Source: Candidatus Adamsella avium
Lineage (GTDB): Bacteria; Cyanobacteriota; Vampirovibrionia; Gastranaerophilales; CAJFVJ01
Reading direction: 5' to 3'
Assembly: GCA_904420445.1 (NCBI GenBank)
Contig: CAJFVJ010000001.1
Span: 641,266-705,265 of the forward strand
Length of the DNA: 64,000 nt
Under the pieces are notes generated by a model. That model was given only the letters and a program-made list of their open reading frames with translations, did no database searches and was not told the DNA's origin. How positions within the stretch are numbered: the stretch's first letter is position 1; every line of letters begins with the position of its first letter. Below, in pieces: positions 55,524 through 62,691 of the stretch. The position numbers were made by a program, and so were the translations under genes.

Positions 55524-55815
55524 TTATAACTCCTCTAAAGCGGTAGTGAAAGGTATGTGGTATGTATGTGTATGAAGAAAAAATTGAATATCTTTAGCGT
55601 AGCTCTCTCTTTATTGTTTCCTCTCTATGTATATATAAAAACAGCTAAACATAAAAAAGTGCTAAAAAATATTCAAGAAATATATATTATTGAAATATTT
55701 CTTAATAATTATGTTTAAAACTAAAAAATGGTGGTAACGTTGGTATGATATTAAATTTTATGACGGTATTGTTTATTTTATAGCATTTTTGTATATTCAC
55801 AGATTTTGTAGCGGT

Positions 55816-56643
55816 ATGAAGATATCTTTTTTAAATTATTCTTATAAATCATATTCCCCCTCTTTTTCAGGTGATAGAAACGGAAAAAACTTGTCAAAAG
55901 GGGAGGAGAAAAAACAAGCACTCCATCAGTCTTCTGTTGTCGGAGTAAAGAGTTATGTTTCACAGCCAATAAAGGGAAGTTTGATTTATCATTCCGTGAT
56001 GGACTCTTTGCATGATAAGATGACAAATCCATGGTTTGCTTCAGAAGAATTGAAAAAGACAGAGGATATTCTTGAGAGAAATAAAGAAGAACTTGAAAAA
56101 GTTTTCGGTTCATCTTTTTATGCGATGAAAAAGAAATATAATTTTCCAAGGTCGAATTTTTCTTATGAAAGCTGGCTGCCTTATATGAGCAGGCGGCGTG
56201 CAGAAGAGTATGTTCATGGTTCTGCTCTTGCAGGAAAAACTTTATACAGGGGTTCGCATTCGCCTGAATATGCTAAAGAAAACGGTTATAAACTTAGCCG
56301 TGTCGGCTTGAATTATCCAGGGATTTATGTTTCTGATTCGAGAGAAACGGCATCCATGTATGGTGGTAATCCTCTTGCATTGAAAGTTAGAGCAAATAAT
56401 ATTGTGAGGCTCAGGGGCTTTGATGGTTTTGAGGAGAGGTTGTTCAATGAATTCAAAAAGCATACACAGAACAGAGAGTTGTTGAAAACACTTGAGAGTA
56501 TTAAAGGGATTGTTGAATACAGATTCGGGAAAGAGTTGAATATAGATGCTTTTGAACAGCGGGTTCAGGCTTTTGAAGAAGATATTCCTTCTCTGGCGTA
56601 TATTGTTTTAAATCCGAAGAACATAGTAATCATCAACGGATAA
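55816..56643 (+). CDS. Hypothetical protein (possible R-S-E type ADP-ribosyltransferase-like core, speculative)
   Basis: The ORF was trimmed to the ATG at 55816 (MKISFLNYSY...). It contains TLYRGSH and GIYVSDSRETASMYGG. No confident family assignment. Confidence 0.55.
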   Translation: MKISFLNYSYKSYSPSFSGDRNGKNLSKGEEKKQALHQSSVVGVKSYVSQPIKGSLIYHSVMDSLHDKMTNPWFASEELKKTEDILERNKEELEKVFGSSFYAMKKKYNFPRSNFSYESWLPYMSRRRAEEYVHGSALAGKTLYRGSHSPEYAKENGYKLSRVGLNYPGIYVSDSRETASMYGGNPLALKVRANNIVRLRGFDGFEERLFNEFKKHTQNRELLKTLESIKGIVEYRFGKELNIDAFEQRVQAFEEDIPSLAYIVLNPKNIVIING

Positions 56644-56708
56644 AAAATTTTTAGAAAAAATGCTTGCAACTGAAAAACTATTATGTTTAAATATACATAC
56701 CGAATGAT

Positions 56709-56783
56709 GCGGGAGTAATTCAGTGGTAGAATGCTTCCTTGCCAAGGAAGATGTCGCGAGTTCGAGCCTCGTCTCCCGCTCCA
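56709..56783 (+). tRNA. tRNA-Gly (anticodon GCC), CCA encoded
   Basis: It folds as a cloverleaf: acceptor GCGGGAG/CTCCCGC, D-arm ATTC/GAAT, anticodon stem CTTCC/GGAAG with loop TTGCCAA, T-arm GCGAG-TTCGAGC-CTCGT, discriminator T, then CCA. Confidence 0.93.
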
Positions 56784-56795
56784 TTTAATAGAAGC

Positions 56796-56823
56796 AAGAC
56801 CTTTTTGGGGTCTTATTTTTTTT
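56796..56823 (+). terminator. Terminator after tRNA-Gly
   Basis: aagacc-tttttg-gggtctt is followed by a T-run. Confidence 0.6.
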
Positions 56824-56879
56824 ATGAATAAAAAAACACCCGAGCATACTCCTCAGGTGTTTTCTTATTGCAAATTAAC

Positions 56880-57356
56880 TTACACCAGTTTATTCATAAC
56901 AGCCTGTGTTTCTGCATCAACAGTATGTTTTGGTTCGTTTCTGAACTGTCTTAAAATTTCTTTTGTCAGGTTCATAAAGCCGTCACGCCAGATTTGTTCT
57001 CCGTCGGCTTTTTGGGCGATGCCGTCTCTTTTACGGCTAAGTTCTACAGTACTTGTGTATTCTATTTCTTTGTCATCGTCAACAACGGTGACGACTCCGT
57101 CATATCCTTCTGTGTATGGATGTCCGTATTCATCTTCGCCTGAAGATCTGACGTAATTTCTTTCAAAGTCAATTGTATAATTTTTATAATCAGGAGTTTG
57201 GTTTTCAAGACGTTGTTTGAGAGTATTTATATTACCTATCAGGCTTGCTTTCTGCTCAGGGTCGCCTGAGGCTATTTCCTGGGCTACTTTTTCTTTGTTC
57301 ATTCTGACCTGTCCGTTGAAGTTCATATAACTGATATTTTGAATTTTCATGCTCAC
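56880..57356 (-). CDS. Hypothetical protein
   Basis: A 158-aa ORF with N-terminus MSMKIQNISYMNFNG. No family is recognised. Confidence 0.5.
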   Translation of the reverse strand: MSMKIQNISYMNFNGQVRMNKEKVAQEIASGDPEQKASLIGNINTLKQRLENQTPDYKNYTIDFERNYVRSSGEDEYGHPYTEGYDGVVTVVDDDKEIEYTSTVELSRKRDGIAQKADGEQIWRDGFMNLTKEILRQFRNEPKHTVDAETQAVMNKLV

Positions 57357-57422
57357 GTCCCTTTTCTCTTTTTGTGCGGATATTGGATATAAACAATCTC
57401 AAAAATAAAATTTGTTATTTTT

Positions 57423-59051
57423 TTACGGTTTGTTAAATTTATTTTTTATATATGTTTTGGCAAGTGTTACAGCGCTTTTTTCGTCATAGAAAACATTCTC
57501 TGCTCCTATTTGAGAAGTGATGTTCAAATCCCTGAGCTGGTTGAGGACAGCTTCGTTTTTTATCACAAGCATAACTTTGATATGCTGCGTCTGGAGTCTG
57601 ATGATTATGTCTTCGAGAGCAAAGATTGCGGATATATCAAGCAGGGCATTTGATTCATAATTCAAAATAAGATATTTTGTACCTAACATCTCATCAAAGT
57701 GGGAAACTATCTGAGTTGCAGAACCGAAGAAGAATTGACCGTCTATGTGCACAACACGAATAAGATATTTGTAGTCATGGACAAGTTCTTCTTCGAGTGC
57801 AAAAATTTCTTTGCTGTAGATGTTTTTTACTTCAAGGCTTGTTTTATCGGCAACTCTTTTGGCATATAAGAGTGCGGCAAGCGTAATCCCTGCGCCGACA
57901 GCAAATATGAGGTTATAAAACACCGTCAGCAGGAATACAAGTGCCAGAACATAGAGGTCGTCTTTCGGGGCATATTTGATTACTTTCAGAAATTTTGTAT
58001 CAACTATGTCATAGCCTATTTTAATCAGGATGCCTGCAAGAACCGCAAGAGGAATTTCTTTCACGAATTCTGCGCAGGTCATTAGAACAATTATCAAAAA
58101 CAGCGGATTGACAACAGCTGCAAATTTTGTTGAAGCTCCCGTGTTTATGGCAGCTACGGTTCTCATTGTTGCAGCAGACCCGCTCATAGAACCTGTCATT
58201 GCACACAGAATGTTTCCGATACCCTGTGATAGCAGAAGGCGTTTCGGACTGCTTTTTTCTCTTGTCAGAGAATCAGCGACAAGAGCAGTCAGCATACTCT
58301 CTGATGAGCAGACGACTGCAAGCGTAAGAGCAAAAGGCAGGGCAAGTTTCAGGACATCAAAGTTTATTTCAGGCAAAACAGGATGTGGAAGGTTTATGCT
58401 TACATCAGCGATTTTATCAACCTGAAAGCCCGCTTTTATTGAAATGAAAGTGCACAGCACAAGTGCGATTATTTGAGAAGGAATAAAACGATTTATTTTC
58501 TGAGGTATCAGAAAAACCGTCATCAGTGTAAGAACACCAAGGAACACAGCCTGTGTGTTTATATCCTGGAAGTCTGTAATCAGATGTTTCAGACTTTCTA
58601 GTGGTGTGGACATTGTTTTTTGTCCGACCAGAGGGTTGAGCTGCATAAGGATGAGGATTGTTCCGACGCCGTTCATAAAACCTGATATAACAGGATATGG
58701 CACATATTTGACGATTGAGGGGAGAGAGGTGAAAGAGATGCAGGTTTGTATAATCGCAGCAAGCAGCAGTACTGTAACTATTGCGCCTGCTTCGTAGTTG
58801 TAGGCAGCCATAATCGATGCCGTTACAATTGCAACCGGTCCTGTAGGACCTGAAATCATCGGGAGTTTTGTTCCAAGGATACCTGCGACAAGACACATTA
58901 TGATAGCGCCCCACATGCCTGCGCTTGCGCCCATTCCTGTTGCCACGCCGAAAGCCAGTGCCTGAGGCAGTGCAACAATTGCCGATACAATACCGCCGAG
59001 GACATCGCCCCTCAAGTTTGATAAGAAATTTTTGAATGACTCCGTCTGCAT
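57423..59051 (-). CDS. SulP-family anion permease with C-terminal STAS domain
   Basis: GGIVSAIVALPQALAFG and GPTGPVAIV appear within a multi-TM core, followed by a C-terminal STAS-like region (IRVVHIDGQFFFGSA). Confidence 0.85.
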   Translation of the reverse strand: MQTESFKNFLSNLRGDVLGGIVSAIVALPQALAFGVATGMGASAGMWGAIIMCLVAGILGTKLPMISGPTGPVAIVTASIMAAYNYEAGAIVTVLLLAAIIQTCISFTSLPSIVKYVPYPVISGFMNGVGTILILMQLNPLVGQKTMSTPLESLKHLITDFQDINTQAVFLGVLTLMTVFLIPQKINRFIPSQIIALVLCTFISIKAGFQVDKIADVSINLPHPVLPEINFDVLKLALPFALTLAVVCSSESMLTALVADSLTREKSSPKRLLLSQGIGNILCAMTGSMSGSAATMRTVAAINTGASTKFAAVVNPLFLIIVLMTCAEFVKEIPLAVLAGILIKIGYDIVDTKFLKVIKYAPKDDLYVLALVFLLTVFYNLIFAVGAGITLAALLYAKRVADKTSLEVKNIYSKEIFALEEELVHDYKYLIRVVHIDGQFFFGSATQIVSHFDEMLGTKYLILNYESNALLDISAIFALEDIIIRLQTQHIKVMLVIKNEAVLNQLRDLNITSQIGAENVFYDEKSAVTLAKTYIKNKFNKP

Positions 59052-59080
59052 AGGAATATATTAACACAAAGGTTTTTATA

Positions 59081-60091
59081 TTATTTCATCATGCAAACGG
59101 TTTTATTTTTTGCGAAGTGTCTTTCTATGAGGCTCAGTATATCTGACATCAGTTTATTTTCAAAGTTTGTGTTGTACAGGGTGTTGATTTCTTTTATGAA
59201 ATAACAAGGGCTTGTGACGTTTATTTCGGTGATTTTTTCATCAATTACATCAATTCCGACGAGATATAACTTACGTTTTGTAAGCTCACGGGCAACATGC
59301 TCGGCAAGTTCTCTTTCTTTTGGAGTAAGAGAAGCCGGTGCAAAAAATTTGCTCGAGTGAGTGTTAAATTTGAAGTCGTCTTCTCCGGGGAGTTTTGTGA
59401 CGCACTCTTCATAAACGGTTTCACCCGTAATCAGAATTCTTTTATCTCCATGGACGGCTTTAGGCAGATATTCCTGAACCATAACCGAGGTTTTGCCGTC
59501 GTTGGTGATGGAAGAGATGATTGAGTTCAGATTTTTATCATCCTTGTTCAAATAATAAACACCGCTTCCGAAGCATCTGTTGAGGGGTTTGATTACTGCT
59601 TCATTCTGTTGTTTGACAAAGTTTTTTATGAGTTCTTTCGAGCTTGTGATTATGTTTTTGGGTATGTAGTCAGGGAAGAGGTTGATGTGAAATTTTTCGT
59701 TGAAGTTTTTTATTGATGAGGGGTCGTTTATCAGGAGAGTTTTTTCTCTGTCAACAAAATCGAAGACATAACAAGCGTTTATGTAGTCGACATCTACCGG
59801 CGGATCCGGTCTGAAGAAGACGATGTCAAAGTCGTTTATTCTTTTTGTTTTTTCTTCTTTTCGATAGAAAATATTTTCATCTTTCAAATATGTTTCGAAA
59901 AACATGGAGCAGGCTTCATGGTTTTCGATGAACAATCTGTTTTTTGTCGAGATGGAAACATCGAAATCTCTTTTGAGAAATTCTTTGATAAACCAGAAAT
60001 TTGTGACCAGGTCATTGAATTCAAAATATTTAAGCTCAATGTCATCGATTATAAATAAAATTTGTTTTTTCATAGCAACCTTCTTCAACAC
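59081..60091 (-). CDS. Glutathione-synthetase-like ATP-grasp enzyme
   Basis: FFRPDPPVDVDYINACYVFD resembles the GshB N-domain, with ATP-grasp C-terminal patterns (VIKPLNRCFGSGV, VMVQEYL, GDKRILI). Confidence 0.65.
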   Translation of the reverse strand: MLKKVAMKKQILFIIDDIELKYFEFNDLVTNFWFIKEFLKRDFDVSISTKNRLFIENHEACSMFFETYLKDENIFYRKEEKTKRINDFDIVFFRPDPPVDVDYINACYVFDFVDREKTLLINDPSSIKNFNEKFHINLFPDYIPKNIITSSKELIKNFVKQQNEAVIKPLNRCFGSGVYYLNKDDKNLNSIISSITNDGKTSVMVQEYLPKAVHGDKRILITGETVYEECVTKLPGEDDFKFNTHSSKFFAPASLTPKERELAEHVARELTKRKLYLVGIDVIDEKITEINVTSPCYFIKEINTLYNTNFENKLMSDILSLIERHFAKNKTVCMMK

Positions 60092-60153
60092 AATATTATC
60101 AGCTAAACAAAAAAATACAATCTGCGATATAATTAACTCGGGGTAGCAGAGTT

Positions 60154-60849
60154 ATGTATAAAAAGATAGTTGATGAGATAAAGAGTTTTTCATCACCTGA
60201 GGGGGCAAAGCGCCGTGCTTCGTTTTTCAAAACAGGCAGGGGGGAGTATGCTGAAGGAGATTTGTTTCTCGGTGTTGACTCTCCTTCGTTAAGGAAGATA
60301 GCAAAGAAGTATTTCAAAGCGGTATCTTATGCCGATTTGCAAAAAATGCTTGAGAGTCCTTATCATGAAATCAGAGTCGGCGCCGTATTTATTCTTGTGT
60401 TAATGTTCCAACACGGCAGTGAAGAAGAGAGGAAGAAGATATTTGATTTCTACATGGAGAATATCCGGTATATTAACAACTGGGATTTGGTTGATGTTTC
60501 TGCACCTTACATCGTCGGACCTGTTGCATTTGAAAATGAAAGCGTATTGTTTTTGCTTGCAAAATCTTGCAGGCTGTGGGAGGAGAGAGTTTCCGTTGTC
60601 GCAACGCTTTATTTTATTAAACAGAACAGGTTTGATGTTACGCTTTCTCTCGGGGAATATTTTTTGACTCACAGGCATGATTTGATGCATAAGGCTGTCG
60701 GATGGATGCTAAGAGAGGTCGGGAAACGTGATGAAAAAGTCTTGTGCGATTTCCTAGACAAACATATCAATCAGATGCCTCGTACTATGTTGAGATATGC
60801 AATTGAACGCTTCCCTGAGGATAAGAGAAGGCGTTATCTATTGAAGTAG
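60154..60849 (+). CDS. DNA alkylation repair protein (AlkD/AlkC-like HEAT-repeat glycosylase family)
   Basis: FLGVDSPSLRKIAK, YHEIRVGAVFIL, INNWDLVD and KAVGWMLREVGK match the family. Confidence 0.8.
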   Translation: MYKKIVDEIKSFSSPEGAKRRASFFKTGRGEYAEGDLFLGVDSPSLRKIAKKYFKAVSYADLQKMLESPYHEIRVGAVFILVLMFQHGSEEERKKIFDFYMENIRYINNWDLVDVSAPYIVGPVAFENESVLFLLAKSCRLWEERVSVVATLYFIKQNRFDVTLSLGEYFLTHRHDLMHKAVGWMLREVGKRDEKVLCDFLDKHINQMPRTMLRYAIERFPEDKRRRYLLK

Positions 60850-60850
60850 T

Positions 60851-62239
60851 TTATTTGAAGCTGGCAAAAGTCAATGCCGCTTTTTCCTCAAGAGGGTTTC
60901 TCAGTTTTGTGATTGTTATTGTATCCTGGGGGGCTGAGTTTTCTTTTTGCTGTTTGTTGTATCTGTACTGTGTCCACAGACGGCTTATGCCGGCGAGAGT
61001 AAAACCCATAAATACAAGGCTGAACAGGAACGGAACCGCTGTGATGGTTGCTTTGCCTTTGATTAGTTTTGCAAATTCGTCTTCTACATTTGTTTTATTT
61101 TTCTTTGCAAGTTGTTTTGCAAGTTCGGGAAGTTCCTCTCTTGTTGGAGTAATAAGCGAGTTATCCGAGGTTTTCTTGATTAAATCAGGGAAGACGTTCT
61201 TTTTATGGAGTATGTTTTTGAAACCATGCTCAAACAACGAGCTTCCGAAGATTGTGTAGAAGGCGACAAGCGGGAGTCTTGTCATAACTTCGAGCTGGTC
61301 AAGGCGTCCTCTGTCTTTTGCTGCCTGATTGTATCCGACAACACCTGCCATAACCGTTGCCGCAAGCTGACCATGGCTCAAGGCAAGTTTGCCGTTGTTT
61401 GAGTCAAAATCGAAGTTGATGTATTTTCGAAGGAAAGAGTCTAGTTTTTTTGATTTTATGCCGATTTTTTCGAGTCCTTTTGATATTTGAGCGCCTGGTT
61501 GCAGAATACCTTTGCTTATTGATTGTATTGCTTTTGACCTGTGTCCTGCTGCTGCAAACAAAACTCCCGCTCCTAAAGATGCTGCAGAAACTATGGCGGC
61601 TTTTTTTATGTGTGATTTTGCGCTTTTCTCGACTCTTTGCTGCTGGGCTGTGTCTTCTTTTTGGTTTTTATTCAAGTTTGCTATGTTGTTGAAGTCTGAT
61701 TTTTTGAAGACTTTGAGGGTGAAGAGATTTTTTGCAAAGCTGAGGGCGTATTCTGCTGCCGGGATAGCTGCACAGCTCAGGACGATAGCAGCCTTAATCG
61801 GAAGAAGATGCTTGTCTGCTCCGCTTTTTGTTAGTGCTTTGTTTGAGAGGATTTCATCAACGCTGTCAGGGATATGGGAATTCAACTGTTTTTGCAGGTT
61901 TTTGGGGGCAAATTTTGAGAATATTTTTCTTGAGATATGTTCGCCTATCAGCCCCGGAGCAAAGTAGAAGAGGGCAGATTCGCCGAATTCAAGAAAGCTC
62001 ATTTCTGCCAGGTCAGCTTTGCTGCGGGCAAAGACGGCTTTTGGCACCCAGTTTGTTGCGGTGTCCTGCACAAATCTTGTGCCGGAGAGGTTTTCCTGCA
62101 TTCTTATGAAAGAGTCAAGAGGCTTGAGGCTTTTGTCCAGAGTTGAGAACAGTGCAGACGGTGCTGCTTTGAAGGTTTGTGTCTGTTGATTTCGTTTGTA
62201 TGATTTGTTTATGTGGTTTATTTTAAGATTCTGCGTCAT
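60851..62239 (-). CDS. Hypothetical membrane protein
   Basis: A 462-aa ORF with several hydrophobic segments. Its N-terminus is MTQNLKINHINKSY. No family is recognised. Confidence 0.5.
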   Translation of the reverse strand: MTQNLKINHINKSYKRNQQTQTFKAAPSALFSTLDKSLKPLDSFIRMQENLSGTRFVQDTATNWVPKAVFARSKADLAEMSFLEFGESALFYFAPGLIGEHISRKIFSKFAPKNLQKQLNSHIPDSVDEILSNKALTKSGADKHLLPIKAAIVLSCAAIPAAEYALSFAKNLFTLKVFKKSDFNNIANLNKNQKEDTAQQQRVEKSAKSHIKKAAIVSAASLGAGVLFAAAGHRSKAIQSISKGILQPGAQISKGLEKIGIKSKKLDSFLRKYINFDFDSNNGKLALSHGQLAATVMAGVVGYNQAAKDRGRLDQLEVMTRLPLVAFYTIFGSSLFEHGFKNILHKKNVFPDLIKKTSDNSLITPTREELPELAKQLAKKNKTNVEDEFAKLIKGKATITAVPFLFSLVFMGFTLAGISRLWTQYRYNKQQKENSAPQDTITITKLRNPLEEKAALTFASFK

Positions 62240-62272
62240 GTATAGATTCCCTCAGTGATATAAAACCTGTAA

Positions 62273-62312
62273 ATAAAAAAACTGCCTGTTTTGTTTATGC
62301 AGGCAGTTTTGA
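62273..62312. terminator. Bidirectional terminator
   Basis: aaaaaaaactgcctg-ttttgtttatg-caggcagtttt. Confidence 0.6.
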
Positions 62313-62331
62313 ATTTTTATTCGAACAAGTT

Positions 62332-62418
62332 TTACATTCGGGATGAAAAACAGAGCCTGCATAAGTTATGCATGCTGCACATCATCATAGCTGTTGTAAT
62401 AACTTGGTTGTTTTTCAT
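62332..62418 (-). CDS. Candidate 28-aa Cys/Met-rich peptide (not in the ORF track)
   Basis: The ORF encodes MKNNQVITTAMMMCSMHNLCRLCFSSRM. AAGGA lies 9 nt upstream, a consensus-like promoter sits upstream, and a terminator sits 20 nt downstream. Confidence 0.35.
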   Translation of the reverse strand: MKNNQVITTAMMMCSMHNLCRLCFSSRM

Positions 62419-62440
62419 GAGAAATTTTCCTTTGGTATTA

Positions 62441-62469
62441 TTAATACTCTGAAAAATTTTTTGTGTCAA
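62441..62469 (-). promoter_or_regulatory. Sigma-70-type promoter (TTGACA-17 nt-TATTAA) on the minus strand
   Basis: The minus strand reads TTGACAcaaaaaatttttcagagTATTAA, about 22 nt before the small-ORF ATG. Confidence 0.45.
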
Positions 62470-62475
62470 TATATA

Positions 62476-62553
62476 CTTTTTGGGAACTTATATAGCAAGT
62501 TTCTCAGATACTATTAAAAGTCCGTCATTCTGAGGGCTTTAGCCAGAAGAATC
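62476..62553 (+). repeat. Single copy of the ~78-nt repeat unit seen at 38.4 kb
   Basis: tttttgggaacttatatagcaagtttctcagatactattaaaagtccgtcattctgagggctttagccagaagaatc aligns base by base with the reverse complement of 38456-38533. Confidence 0.55.
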
Positions 62554-62691
62554 ATAAATCCCGTTGTATCTGTATTGAAGATGCCTTCATTATTTGTTAT
62601 AATACTATTGTCGGGCGACACTTCGGGTGTTTCTTTTGTGGTTAATCTTTTTTGATTTTCAGCAGAAGCCCCGACTTTTTTATATATAGTT

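Noticed and set aside
55117-55575. 152-aa (+) and 90-aa (-) ORFs across the 55.1-55.5 kb block
   Set aside because: Both are generated by the GC-richer repeat copies, which give peptides of the VILRRSRRIS / SLRLRVT type. They have no RBS. The same motif appears in non-coding contexts at 38.4 and 62.5 kb.
55572-55718. 48-aa ORF MKKKLNIFSVALSLLFPLYVYIKTAKHKK... in the gap before 55816
   Set aside because: It has a hydrophobic N-terminus but no Shine-Dalgarno sequence at a sensible distance. It lies in very AT-rich sequence where such ORFs arise by chance, and there is not enough support to call it.
56731-57156. 141-aa plus-strand ORF starting inside tRNA-Gly
   Set aside because: It begins within the tRNA, crosses the tRNA terminator, and is antisense to a better ORF (56880..57356).
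58417-59067. 216-aa ORF in an alternative minus-strand frame of the SulP gene
   Set aside because: It overlaps a clear multi-TM SulP permease on the same strand. Its R/C/G-rich sequence has no recognisable features.
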